A stretch of DNA of 64,000 nucleotides from Clostridia bacterium (GCA_017451505.1 JAFTOF010000027.1:26462-90461), one strand, 5' to 3'. Positions 37,403-46,998 are shown, numbered from the stretch's first letter. Translations and numbers: made by a program. The notes: generated from the letters alone by a model not told the origin.

Positions 37403-39442
37403 ATGAATGTATTTAGTGGAGAAAATATCAGAAACGTAGTAGTATTGGGACACGGCGGAGCAGGAAAGACATCGCTTGTTGAAGCGATTTTACATAAAGC
37501 CGGTGCATCTGACAGATTCGGCAAGATTGCAGACGGAACAACTGTAAGTGACTATGACGCAGAAGAAATCAAAAGAAAAATTTCAGTTAATCTTTCCATG
37601 GCACCCTGCGTATGGCATACTCCTAAAATAGCAGATTCAAAGCTGAACCTTATAGACACCCCAGGTTACTTTGATTTTGCGGGAGAAGCTATGGGCGGAA
37701 TCCGTGCAGCGGAAAGTGCTCTTATCGTTATAAATGCTAAAAACGGCGTGCAGGTAGGCACGGAAAAGGCATGGAAATACGCTACCGACCGCGGCATGGC
37801 ACGCATGATGTTTATTAACTTTATGGACGATGAAAATGCCGATTTTGATAAAGTAGTGGATCAGATTCATGATAAATTCGGTGCAAGTGCGGCTGTTTTC
37901 AGAATTCCGATTAAAGAAGGCAAGGAAATGAAGGGCTATGTCAATATCGTAAGCGGAAAGGCATACTCCGTTTCTAATGATGTTGAAACAGAAATCCCGA
38001 TTCCTGACAATATGAAGCAGTCCTACGATAAGTATCACGATGCTTTGGTTGAGGCCGTGGCACTGACGAGCGATGAACTTCTGGAAAGATATTTTGCAGG
38101 CGATGTTATCACCGACGAAGAAATGCGTGCAGTTCTTAAGGGCAGTGTTAAGCAGGGACAGGTAGTCCCAGTATACGGTGGCTTCTGCGTGGATAAGACC
38201 TTTGCGGTACGCTCACTTATGGACGCTATGCTTAAGTATCTTCCTTCCCCCGTAGAAGCTGAAACAAATCCCGTGTGTGATGCATCCGCACCCCTTAGTG
38301 CGATTGTATTTAAGACTCTGGCGGATTCCTACGGAAAGATTTCTCTTATCCGTGTAATGAGCGGTACGTTAAAGGCTGACAGTGCAGCATATAATGCTAC
38401 AAAGGACGTTAATGAAAGAATCGGTAAGCTCTATGTAATCCGCGGTAAAAAGCAGATTGAAGTTCCCGAACTTAGAGCAGGTGACATCGGTGCGGCTACA
38501 AAGCTTTCCTATACCCTTACCGGCGATACCCTCGCAAAGCAGGGCGGAGAAAAGCTTGACGGCATCGAATTTGCAGAGCCTGTTATAAAAATGGCGATTG
38601 TTCCTCAGGCAAAGGGTGACGAGGAAAAGATAAGTGCAGGTCTTAACAAGCTTCATGAAGAAGACCCCACATTCTCCGTACTCAATAATCAGGAAACAAA
38701 GGAGCTTACAATTTCAGGAACAGGCGAGCTTCATCTTGATGTTATCACAAGTAAGCTTAAGAGTAAATTCGGCGTTGCCGTTAATCTTCAGGCTCCCAAG
38801 ATTGCATATCGTGAAACTATCCGCAAGAGCGTAAAGGTTCAGGGCAGACACAAGAAACAGTCGGGCGGTCACGGTCAGTTTGGTGATGTATGGATTGAAT
38901 TCAGCCATCACGATGGAAGCGAGCTTATCTTTGAAGAAAAGATTGTGGGCGGTGCAGTTCCCAAGAACTACTTCCCCGCTGTTGAAAAGGGACTGCAGGA
39001 GTGTATCACCAAGGGTGTTCTGGCAGGCTATCCCGTAGTTGGACTCAAGGCAGTACTTGTTGACGGCTCATATCACCCCGTTGATTCTTCGGAAATGGCA
39101 TTTAAGGTAGCGGCAGGTATTGCGTATAAGGACGGTCTTACTCAGGCAGGCCCCGTTCTTCTTGAACCTATTGGTCATTTGGAGGTTAAAATGCCCGAAG
39201 ACCTTATGGGCGACATTATTGGTGATATAAATAAACGCCGTGGCAGAATCTTAGGCATGAATCCTATCGGTGAGGGACTTGGTGAGGTTATCGCAGAAGT
39301 TCCCGAATCCGAAATGGTTAAATACGCTACAGACCTTCGTTCTATGACAAGGGCAAGAGGCTCCTTCACTTTCGCTTTTGAAAGATACGAGGAAGTTCCC
39401 GAAAACATTGCACAGAAGGTTATTGAAAACGCAAAGGCATAA
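37403..39442 (+). CDS. Elongation factor G paralog (EF-G2-like) with non-canonical G motifs
   Basis: Five-domain EF-G layout of about 680 aa. G1 is GHGGAGKTS, G3 is DTPGYFDF (Tyr where canonical EF-G has the catalytic His), and G4 is NFMD rather than NKMD. AAAGGTGG lies 9 nt before the ATG at 37403. Confidence 0.85.
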   Translation: MNVFSGENIRNVVVLGHGGAGKTSLVEAILHKAGASDRFGKIADGTTVSDYDAEEIKRKISVNLSMAPCVWHTPKIADSKLNLIDTPGYFDFAGEAMGGIRAAESALIVINAKNGVQVGTEKAWKYATDRGMARMMFINFMDDENADFDKVVDQIHDKFGASAAVFRIPIKEGKEMKGYVNIVSGKAYSVSNDVETEIPIPDNMKQSYDKYHDALVEAVALTSDELLERYFAGDVITDEEMRAVLKGSVKQGQVVPVYGGFCVDKTFAVRSLMDAMLKYLPSPVEAETNPVCDASAPLSAIVFKTLADSYGKISLIRVMSGTLKADSAAYNATKDVNERIGKLYVIRGKKQIEVPELRAGDIGAATKLSYTLTGDTLAKQGGEKLDGIEFAEPVIKMAIVPQAKGDEEKISAGLNKLHEEDPTFSVLNNQETKELTISGTGELHLDVITSKLKSKFGVAVNLQAPKIAYRETIRKSVKVQGRHKKQSGGHGQFGDVWIEFSHHDGSELIFEEKIVGGAVPKNYFPAVEKGLQECITKGVLAGYPVVGLKAVLVDGSYHPVDSSEMAFKVAAGIAYKDGLTQAGPVLLEPIGHLEVKMPEDLMGDIIGDINKRRGRILGMNPIGEGLGEVIAEVPESEMVKYATDLRSMTRARGSFTFAFERYEEVPENIAQKVIENAKA

Positions 39443-39454
39443 TTGAACTTGATT

Positions 39455-39479
39455 GGGGGAGGTAATTTATGCCTTCCCC
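39455..39479 (+). terminator. Hairpin after the EF-G paralog (weak terminator)
   Basis: ggggagg-taatttatg-ccttcccc. The T-run starts only after a 6-nt gap. Confidence 0.4.
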
Positions 39480-39535
39480 GAAAATATTTTTTAAAGTATG
39501 GCATATAATTAAAAACAGAAAGTGAGGTTATCAAT

Positions 39536-39829
39536 ATGAAAAAAATCTTTATTCCCATTGCTTTGGTGCTGGTGCTTCTTCTTTCCGCTTGCGGAAGTAA
39601 TAACGCAAACACGAAGATTTCCGAGGAAAGAGCCAAGGAAATTGCCCTTGAAAAAGTTCCCGGTGCAACTGAGGAAAATATACGAAAATTTAAGAAAGAC
39701 CGTGACGACGGGAAATATGTGTATGAGGGCGAAATTCTGTATAACAAAACGGAGTACGATTTTGAAATTGATGCCGAAAGCGGAGAGATTATAAGCTGGG
39801 ATCAGGAAATTGAAAAACTGTTTGATTAA
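39536..39829 (+). CDS. PepSY domain lipoprotein
   Basis: Lipobox LLLSAC, then a PepSY-like ISEERAKEIALEKVPGA...YEFEIDAESGEIISWD-type sequence; 97 aa. Confidence 0.75.
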   Translation: MKKIFIPIALVLVLLLSACGSNNANTKISEERAKEIALEKVPGATEENIRKFKKDRDDGKYVYEGEILYNKTEYDFEIDAESGEIISWDQEIEKLFD

Positions 39830-39835
39830 CACTTA

Positions 39836-40077
39836 AAAATGCCATAGTGCACTAGCCAAAACAAAATAGTCCGAACTCGTTTTTTGCTTCCTCTTTTTTG
39901 CCGCTACGTCGTTAAAAGCCTTGCCCATACGACAGTATGGGCTTCGTTTTTGCCTTGTATCGGCAGAAAAATAGTTTGCAAAAAATTCTCCGAACCTGAA
40001 AAAGCCTATTTTCAGCTGTTTCAGGCGAGTTTGGACTATTCTGTTTTGGCTAAGGAAATACTGCACTATGGCATTTT
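39836..40077. repeat. Structured intergenic repeat, copy B, nested inside a terminator hairpin
   Basis: The outer 17-bp stem is aaaaatgccatagtgca / tgcactatggcattttt. The inner 27-bp inverted repeat is tagccaaaacaaaatagtccgaactcg / cgagtttggactattctgttttggcta. The 135-nt core is about 90% identical to copy D. Confidence 0.65.
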
Positions 40078-40143
40078 TTTCTTTATATCGACCAAAAACG
40101 ATAAAAAAATACTGATTTTAAGCGGATTTTCACGCAAAAATGC

Positions 40144-40171
40144 TTGCATTTATGCACAATAGTGGTATAAT
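40144..40171 (+). promoter_or_regulatory. Promoter of pgk-tpiA-gpmI
   Basis: TTGCAT, a 16-nt spacer, then TGgTATAAT. Confidence 0.7.
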
Positions 40172-40175
40172 ATAT

Positions 40176-40227
40176 AGCGTGACAGAAGCTATCCAAACCT
40201 CGTTTTTTACTTCCTCTTTTCTGTCAC
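40176..40227 (+). repeat. Structured intergenic repeat, copy C (left arm only) in the pgk leader
   Basis: agcgtgacagaagctatccaaacctcgttttttacttcctctttt is near-identical to the first 45 nt of copy D. It closes locally as gtgacagaa/ttctgtcac. Confidence 0.55.
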
Positions 40228-40312
40228 CCTGAGATGATAGTGCTGAAAGTAGGCTCTGTCGAGAAATAGCGTTATAATTTTTAAGATATATTTTTATAAG
40301 GTGGTTTTAATT

Positions 40313-41494
40313 ATGAACAAAAAGACTATTGAAGACATTCAGGTTCAGGGAAAAAAAGTTCTCGTTCGTTGCGACTTTAACGTTCCCCTTGACAAAGATG
40401 GCAACATCACAGATGAAAACAGAATTGTAGGTGCTATGCCCACAATCAAGTATCTCTCTGATAACGGTGCAAAGGTTATCCTTTGCTCTCATATGGGCAA
40501 GCCCAAGGGTGAGCCTAAGCCTGAATTTTCTCTTGCTCCCGTGGCAAAGCGTCTTTCCGAGAAACTCGGTAAGGAAGTTGTATTCGCAGCAGATGCTAAC
40601 GTTGTTGGCGAAAATGCAAAGAAGGCTGTTAGCGAAATGAAGGACGGGGATATTGTTCTTCTTGAAAACACCCGTTACAGAGCAGAAGAAACAAAGAACG
40701 TTGAAACCTTCAGCAAGGAGCTTGCTTCTCTGGCAGAAATCTTTGTTAACGATGCTTTCGGTACAGCACACAGAGCACATTGCTCAACTGTAGGTGTTAC
40801 AGAATATCTTCCCGCAGTTTGCGGCTACCTCATTCAGAAGGAAATCGAGTTCCTCGGCAATGCAGTAAATAACCCCGTTCGTCCTCTTGTTGCAATCCTT
40901 GGCGGAAGTAAGGTTTCCAGCAAAATCAGCGTAATTGAAAACCTTCTTGATAAGGTTGACAAGCTCATCATCGGCGGCGGTATGGCTTACACATTCATGG
41001 CTGCTAAGGGTTATGAAGTAGGCGATAGCCTTCTTGAAAAAGACTATATCGACTACGCAAAGGAAATGATGGCAAAGGCAGGAGATAAGCTTCTTCTTCC
41101 CATCGACACAGTTGTTGCAAAGGATTTCGACAACAATGCAGAGAGCAAGGTTGTAGGCGAAGGTTGCATCGAGGCAGGCTGGCAGGGTCTTGACATCGGA
41201 CCTAAGACAATCGAGCTTTTCTCCGACGCAGTTAAGAGTGCAAAGACAGTTGTTTGGAACGGACCTATGGGCGTATTTGAAATGAGCAACTTTGCAAAGG
41301 GTACAAATGCAATAGCACAGGTTCTTGCAGAAATTGATGCTACAACAGTTATCGGCGGTGGCGACAGCGTTGCTGCAGTTAATCAGGCAGGTCTTGGTGC
41401 TAAGATGAGCCATATTTCAACAGGCGGCGGTGCAAGCCTTGAATTCCTTGAAGGTAAAGAGCTTCCCGGCATTGCTGCATTGGCTGATAAATAA
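40313..41494 (+). CDS. pgk: Phosphoglycerate kinase
   Basis: [13 protein letters not shown]-terminus and GGGDS...[10 protein letters not shown]-terminal motifs. AAGGTGG lies 8 nt before the ATG at 40313. Confidence 0.97.
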   Translation: MNKKTIEDIQVQGKKVLVRCDFNVPLDKDGNITDENRIVGAMPTIKYLSDNGAKVILCSHMGKPKGEPKPEFSLAPVAKRLSEKLGKEVVFAADANVVGENAKKAVSEMKDGDIVLLENTRYRAEETKNVETFSKELASLAEIFVNDAFGTAHRAHCSTVGVTEYLPAVCGYLIQKEIEFLGNAVNNPVRPLVAILGGSKVSSKISVIENLLDKVDKLIIGGGMAYTFMAAKGYEVGDSLLEKDYIDYAKEMMAKAGDKLLLPIDTVVAKDFDNNAESKVVGEGCIEAGWQGLDIGPKTIELFSDAVKSAKTVVWNGPMGVFEMSNFAKGTNAIAQVLAEIDATTVIGGGDSVAAVNQAGLGAKMSHISTGGGASLEFLEGKELPGIAALADK

Positions 41495-41546
41495 GATATT
41501 TTAATTCGAAATTTGAAGTTCGAAATGAAGGAAAGGACGAAATACT

Positions 41547-42293
41547 ATGAGAAAAATCCTCGCTGCAGGTAACTGGAAAATGAACAATACCCCCTCTCAG
41601 GCAGAGGCTATGATTAATGAACTTAAGGCAAAGGTTAAGGATGCTAAGAATGACGTTCTTATTTTCACACCTTTTGTTTGCCTTCCTGCTGCAGTTAAGG
41701 CTGCAGAGGGCAGTAATATTAAAATCGGTGCACAGAATATGCACTTTGAAGATAAGGGTGCATTCACAGGCGAAATCAGTGCACAGATGCTTAAGGAAAT
41801 CGGCGTAGAGTACGTTCTTATCGGTCACAGCGAAAGAAGAGAATACTTTGCTGAAACAGATGACACAGTAAACGCAAAGGTTATTCAGGCTCTTAAAAAC
41901 GGTCTTACTCCCATGGTTTGCTGCGGTGAAACTCTCAAGCAGAGAGAAGATACAATCACATTTGACTTTATCCGCAGCCAGATTAAGATTGCTTTCCGCT
42001 CTCTTTCCAAGGAAGACGCACTTAAAGTTGTAGTTGCATACGAACCCATCTGGGCTATCGGCACAGGCAAGGTTGCAACAAGCGAGCAGGCGGATGAGGT
42101 TTGCCGTGATATCAGAGAGTGCCTCGCAGGTATCTATGATGAAGAAACTGCTGCAAATATCCGTATTCTTTACGGCGGAAGCGTTAATAAAGACTGTGCG
42201 GCAGAGCTTTTTGCAATGAACGATATCGACGGCGGTCTTGTAGGCGGAGCAAGTCTTAAGGTTGAGGACTTCTCCATCATCTGCAACGCATAA
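41547..42293 (+). CDS. tpiA: Triosephosphate isomerase
   Basis: AGNWKMN, IGHSERR and [11 protein letters not shown] motifs; 248 aa. Confidence 0.97.
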   Translation: MRKILAAGNWKMNNTPSQAEAMINELKAKVKDAKNDVLIFTPFVCLPAAVKAAEGSNIKIGAQNMHFEDKGAFTGEISAQMLKEIGVEYVLIGHSERREYFAETDDTVNAKVIQALKNGLTPMVCCGETLKQREDTITFDFIRSQIKIAFRSLSKEDALKVVVAYEPIWAIGTGKVATSEQADEVCRDIRECLAGIYDEETAANIRILYGGSVNKDCAAELFAMNDIDGGLVGGASLKVEDFSIICNA

Positions 42294-42306
42294 ATTTTGA
42301 ACTTGG

Positions 42307-42441
42307 GCGAAGTTGTGGCTTTTACACAGCTTCGCTAAAGGCTGTTGAACACTGCTATGCTCTGCTCAACGGCCTTTTTGTCCGTTTTTGAGGACGGAAA
42401 AATTACTTGTCCAAAAGCAGAAAATACCTGCCTTTTGGGAC
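42307..42441 (+). other. Four consecutive hairpins in the tpiA-gpmI spacer
   Basis: Stems lie at 42307-42335 (11 bp), 42339-42379 (10 bp plus TTTTT), 42381-42398 (5 bp) and 42409-42441 (9 bp, ending 3 nt before the gpmI SD). Confidence 0.55.
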
Positions 42442-42458
42442 AGAAAGGAATGATTAAA

Positions 42459-43979
42459 ATGACAAAAAAGCTTACTATGCTTATGATACTTGACGGTTAC
42501 GGATATAACAAGGCTACCGAGGGTAACGCAATTTACAGTGCAAAAACTCCCAACATGGATAAAATTCTTTCCGAATGCCCCAATACCCTTATTAATGCAA
42601 GCGGTATGGACGTGGGACTTCCCGAAGGACAGATGGGTAACAGCGAGGTTGGTCATACCAATATTGGTGCAGGCAGAATTGTGTATCAGGAGCTTACCAG
42701 AATTACAAAATCTATCAAAGACGGTGACTTTTTTACAAAGGATGCTTTTGTGAAAGCTATAGAAAATTGTAAAAAGCACGATAGTGCCCTCCACCTTTAC
42801 GGACTTTTATCCGACGGTGGTGTTCACAGTCATATTACACATCTTTATGCCGCAGTTGAAATGGCAAAGAGAAGCGGACTTACAAAGGTTTATGTTCATG
42901 GATTTATGGATGGCCGCGACGTTTCTCCCACCAGCGGTATTGACTTTGTGAAAGAGCTTTCCGAAAAGCTTAACGAAATCGGCGTAGGTAAAATTGGCGT
43001 TCTTTCGGGAAGATACTATGCAATGGACAGAGATAACCGTTGGGAAAGAGTGGAAAAGGCTTATGCCGCACTTGTTTACGGCGAGGGTGAAAAGAACCCC
43101 GATGCAGTAGATGCTATGCAAAAATCCTATGACAACGGCATTACTGACGAGTTTGTTGTTCCCACAATTATCACTGAAGGTGCAACAATAGGCGAGAATG
43201 ACAGCGTTATCTGCTTCAACTTCCGTCCCGACCGTGCCCGTGAAATTACCCGTACTTTTGTGGATGGTGATTTTGACGGATTTGAAAGAAAGAACGGATT
43301 CTTCCCTGTATACTATGTATGTATGACACAGTACGATGCCAAGATGCCCAATGTGGACGTGGCATTTAAACCCGAGTCACTTACCAATACTTTTGGTGAA
43401 TATATTTCAGAAAAAGGTCTTACTCAGCTCAGAATTGCCGAAACCGAGAAGTATGCACACGTAACATTCTTCTTTAACGGCGGTGTGGAAGCACCTTACG
43501 AAAACGAAGACCGTGCACTTATCGCTTCTCCCAAGGTTGCAACCTACGACCTTCAGCCCGAAATGAGTGCTCCCGAGGTTACAGAGGAAGTTCTTAAGAG
43601 AATTGACAGCGAAAAGTATGATGTTATTATCCTTAACTTTGCAAACTGCGACATGGTAGGTCACACAGGCGTATTTGACTGTGCAGTAAAAGCTGTGGAA
43701 ACTGTTGACGAATGTGTAGGTAAGGTTGTGGAAGCAGTTAAGGCAAAGGGCGGCATCGTTTGTATCACAGCTGACCACGGTAATGCTGACCAGATGGTAG
43801 ACCCCGAAACAAAGGATGTATTTACGGCACATACAACAAACCCTGTTCCCTTTGTTGTAGTGGGCAAGGAATGCACTCTCAGAGAGGGCGGAAGACTTGC
43901 AGATATTGCTCCTACACTTCTTGATATTATGGGACTTGAAAAGCCCTCAGAAATGACAGGCGAAAGCCTTATTAAATAA
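42459..43979 (+). CDS. gpmI: 2,3-bisphosphoglycerate-independent phosphoglycerate mutase
   Basis: ILDGYGY, MGNSEVGHTNIGAGR and ADHGNAD motifs. AAAGGAA lies 9 nt before the ATG at 42459; the track ORF starts at 42345. Confidence 0.95.
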   Translation: MTKKLTMLMILDGYGYNKATEGNAIYSAKTPNMDKILSECPNTLINASGMDVGLPEGQMGNSEVGHTNIGAGRIVYQELTRITKSIKDGDFFTKDAFVKAIENCKKHDSALHLYGLLSDGGVHSHITHLYAAVEMAKRSGLTKVYVHGFMDGRDVSPTSGIDFVKELSEKLNEIGVGKIGVLSGRYYAMDRDNRWERVEKAYAALVYGEGEKNPDAVDAMQKSYDNGITDEFVVPTIITEGATIGENDSVICFNFRPDRAREITRTFVDGDFDGFERKNGFFPVYYVCMTQYDAKMPNVDVAFKPESLTNTFGEYISEKGLTQLRIAETEKYAHVTFFFNGGVEAPYENEDRALIASPKVATYDLQPEMSAPEVTEEVLKRIDSEKYDVIILNFANCDMVGHTGVFDCAVKAVETVDECVGKVVEAVKAKGGIVCITADHGNADQMVDPETKDVFTAHTTNPVPFVVVGKECTLREGGRLADIAPTLLDIMGLEKPSEMTGESLIK

Positions 43980-43995
43980 TAAAGGACGGAAGTTT

Positions 43996-44802
43996 ATGCG
44001 AAATCGCCCTATCGGAGTTTTCGACAGCGGACTCGGGGGACTTACGGCAGTAAGGGAAATTCAGAGGATTATGCCCGGTGAGGACATCATATATTTTGGT
44101 GACACCGGGCGTGTCCCCTACGGAACCAGGAGCCGTGAGACCATTATCCGCTACACAAAAGATGATATAGATTTTCTGCTCAGGCATAATATTAAGCTTA
44201 TTGTTGCTGCTTGCGGAACGGCGAGCAGTGTGGCACTTCCCGTGCTTTATGACAAGTATGATGTGAAGATTATGGGAGTTCTTGAAGCTGCGTGCAAAAA
44301 GGCAGTCAGTGTAACGAAGAACAACCGAATCGGTGTAATAGGAACGGTAGGAACGGTTAAAAGCGGAAAGTATGCCGAGCTTATAACTAAGCTCAATCCA
44401 AAGATGCAGGTATTCTCTGCGGCATGTCCGCTGTTTGTTCCTCTTGTGGAAAACGGCTACAGCGAAAGTAAGGCTGCACAGCTTATAGCAAAAGATTACC
44501 TGTTACCCCTTAAAAATGAAAAAGTGGATACACTTATCTTAGGATGCACACATTACCCCTTGCTAACGAAGGTAATATCGGATATAATGGGAGATGAGGT
44601 AACCCTTTTAAGCCCCGGAGCACTTGCGGCACAGGAGGCAAGAGGGTATCTTGAAAAAGAAAATCTCCTTTCAGACAAGGAATCGGGAACAAGTCAGTTT
44701 TACGTTTCCGACTCTGTGGAAAACTTCGCAGAGCTTGGCGGCACATTCTTGGGAAAGCCGATTAAGAGCAGTGTGCATTTGGCGGAGGCATTTGAACAAT
44801 GA
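43996..44802 (+). CDS. murI: Glutamate racemase
   Basis: IGVFDSGLGGLT, ACGTAS and LGCTHYPLL motifs; 268 aa. Confidence 0.93.
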   Translation: MRNRPIGVFDSGLGGLTAVREIQRIMPGEDIIYFGDTGRVPYGTRSRETIIRYTKDDIDFLLRHNIKLIVAACGTASSVALPVLYDKYDVKIMGVLEAACKKAVSVTKNNRIGVIGTVGTVKSGKYAELITKLNPKMQVFSAACPLFVPLVENGYSESKAAQLIAKDYLLPLKNEKVDTLILGCTHYPLLTKVISDIMGDEVTLLSPGALAAQEARGYLEKENLLSDKESGTSQFYVSDSVENFAELGGTFLGKPIKSSVHLAEAFEQ

Positions 44803-45218
44803 AGAAAGATGTTTATATATCAATAAAGGGCAGTCAGGACTACGGCGAGGATAACAATGCCATGGAGCTTACCACGGCAGGAAAGTTTTACGACAAGGAC
44901 GGAAAGTACTATCTCAGCTATAATGAGGGGGAGCTTTCCGGAATGGAAAAATGCTCAACCACTCTCAAGGTTTGTCCCGACGGAACTGTTACAATGATGC
45001 GTCACGGGCAGACTAATACTCATATGATTTTTGAAAAGGGAAAATGCCACATCGGGCATTACGAAACGCCCTACGGAGATTTTACAATCAGCGTAACGGC
45101 AAATGAGATAAACGTTTCTCTTGATGAAAACGGCGGAAATATTGATATTGATTATATAATGGATATTAATAGCGTGGCTCGCTCCCGTAACGGAATTTCC
45201 CTTACGGTAAGAGCATAA
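44799..45218 (+). CDS. DUF1934 (YwiB-like) beta-barrel protein
   Basis: 139 aa with the DUF1934-like pattern (KFYDKDGKYYLSY, TMMRHG). ATGA overlap with murI. It lies upstream of argS, as in Bacillus ywiB-argS. Confidence 0.75.
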   Translation: MKKDVYISIKGSQDYGEDNNAMELTTAGKFYDKDGKYYLSYNEGELSGMEKCSTTLKVCPDGTVTMMRHGQTNTHMIFEKGKCHIGHYETPYGDFTISVTANEINVSLDENGGNIDIDYIMDINSVARSRNGISLTVRA

Positions 45219-45277
45219 GGCATACAGGGGCTATATCCCGTGTGCTTAAGTACATAAAGACGAAAGGAAGATTTTTC

Positions 45278-46957
45278 ATGGCAAATACGCTTTCTATGAA
45301 GAAATCACAAATATATGACGCGGCAAAAAATGCGGCACAGGCGGCGTTTCCCGAAATTGAAATCCCCGCATTTACAATCGAAGTCCCCAAGGATAAGGGG
45401 AACGGAGATTACGCAATAAACCTTGCAATGATGCTTGCACGAGCTGCAAAGTCAAACCCCCGCGTGATTGCGGAAAAAATTGTGTCGGGTATTGATGCAG
45501 AGGCTTTAGGTGCGGAAAAGGTAGAGATTGCAGGCCCCGGATTCATTAATTTCTATCTTGACAAGAAATACCTTTACAATGTTATTGAGGAAATTGAAAA
45601 GGAACAGACTGCATACGGCAACGTTAATATTGCAGATGGCAAAAAAGTTGTTGTGGAATTTGTCAGTGCAAATCCCACAGGCCCCATGCATATGGGTAAC
45701 GCACGCGGCGGTGCTTTGGGAGATACATTAAGCAACGTTCTTGCCCGTGCAGGCTGGGACGTTACCAAGGAATTTTATATCAACGATGCAGGTGCACAGA
45801 TTGACAAATTCGGCAGAAGTCTTGATGCACGTTATATACAGATTCTTAAAGGCGAGGACGCAGTAGCGTTCCCCGAGGACGGTTATCAGGGTGACGATAT
45901 CCGCGTTCATGCACAGAACTATATTGATAAATACGGGGATATTCTTCTTGATAAGGAAGAACAGGAGAGGAAAGATGCTCTCGTTGCATACGCATTGCCC
46001 CTTAATATTGCGGCACTTCAGGAAACCCTTACAAAATACGGCATAAATTATGATGTGTGGTTCTATGAAAGCACACTTCATAACGGCGGAAGCGTAAGCG
46101 AAACTCTTGAAAAGCTTAAAGCCAGCAATATCACCTATGAAAAGGACGGTGCTCTGTGGATTAAATCAACCGAGTTCGGAAGCGAAAAGGACGATGTTCT
46201 TGTTCGTGCCAACGGTATCCCCACATATTTTGCCGCAGATATTGCCTATCATAGAAATAAGCTGGAGGAACGTAATTTTGACCTTGCAATAAATATCTGG
46301 GGTGCTGACCACCACGGACATATTGCCCGTATGAAGGGTGCAATGGAGGCTGTGGGTATCAGTGGTGATAAGCTCGATGTTCTTGTAATTCAGCTTGTAC
46401 GCCTTATGCGTAACGGCGAGGTTGCCAGAATGAGTAAAAGAACGGGTAAAATGATTACCCTTGCAGATTTGATTGACGAAATCGGTGTGGATGCGGCACG
46501 TTTCTTCTTCAATATGCGTGCGGCAGGAAGCCATATGGACTTCGACCTTGACCTTGCGGTAAGCCAGACTAACGAAAACCCTGTTTTCTATGTTCAGTAC
46601 GCTCATGCAAGAATCTGTTCAATTATCAGAATTCTTGAGGAAAACGGAGTTAAAGTTCCCGCATATTCCTGCATTGATGCATCGCTTCTTAAAAAGGAAG
46701 AAGAAATTGCACTTTTGGAAACGCTTGCACGGCTTCCCGAGGAAATAGCGGCGTCGGCACAGAGCTTTGACCCCAGTAACCTTACACATTATCTTATAGA
46801 TGTAGCATCACATTTCCATTCCTTCTACAACGCATGCCGTGTTCGTGATGAAGAAGAAAAGCTTATGTGTGCCCGACTTAAACTTATTGAATCTACCAGA
46901 ATTGTTATTAAAAATGTACTTGATATACTCGGCGTAAGTGCCCCCGAAAAGATGTAA
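45278..46957 (+). CDS. argS: Arginine--tRNA ligase
   Basis: ANPTGPMHMGNARG (HIGH-type) and MSKRTGK (KMSKS-type) motifs. GAAAGGAAG precedes the ATG at 45278; the track ORF starts at a GTG at 45242. Confidence 0.95.
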   Translation: MANTLSMKKSQIYDAAKNAAQAAFPEIEIPAFTIEVPKDKGNGDYAINLAMMLARAAKSNPRVIAEKIVSGIDAEALGAEKVEIAGPGFINFYLDKKYLYNVIEEIEKEQTAYGNVNIADGKKVVVEFVSANPTGPMHMGNARGGALGDTLSNVLARAGWDVTKEFYINDAGAQIDKFGRSLDARYIQILKGEDAVAFPEDGYQGDDIRVHAQNYIDKYGDILLDKEEQERKDALVAYALPLNIAALQETLTKYGINYDVWFYESTLHNGGSVSETLEKLKASNITYEKDGALWIKSTEFGSEKDDVLVRANGIPTYFAADIAYHRNKLEERNFDLAINIWGADHHGHIARMKGAMEAVGISGDKLDVLVIQLVRLMRNGEVARMSKRTGKMITLADLIDEIGVDAARFFFNMRAAGSHMDFDLDLAVSQTNENPVFYVQYAHARICSIIRILEENGVKVPAYSCIDASLLKKEEEIALLETLARLPEEIAASAQSFDPSNLTHYLIDVASHFHSFYNACRVRDEEEKLMCARLKLIESTRIVIKNVLDILGVSAPEKM

Positions 46958-46998
46958 TCGTCAGGTGGCGAAGCTCGCCGGAAGGAGGGTGTTTATAT

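Noticed and set aside
39833-40162. ORFs of 77 aa (minus) and 92 aa (plus) spanning repeat copy B, and the 14-aa MGKAFN.VAAKKRK peptide shared with copy D.
   Set aside because: None has an SD. In copy D the long frames are broken by stops, and differences between copies are mostly non-synonymous. The region is better explained as non-coding repeat.
45219-45277. Checked for an Arg T-box leader upstream of argS, and for T-box elements upstream of serC and asnA.
   Set aside because: The spacers are 60 nt or shorter, or lack the AGGGUGGNACCGCG T-box sequence and specifier-loop architecture.
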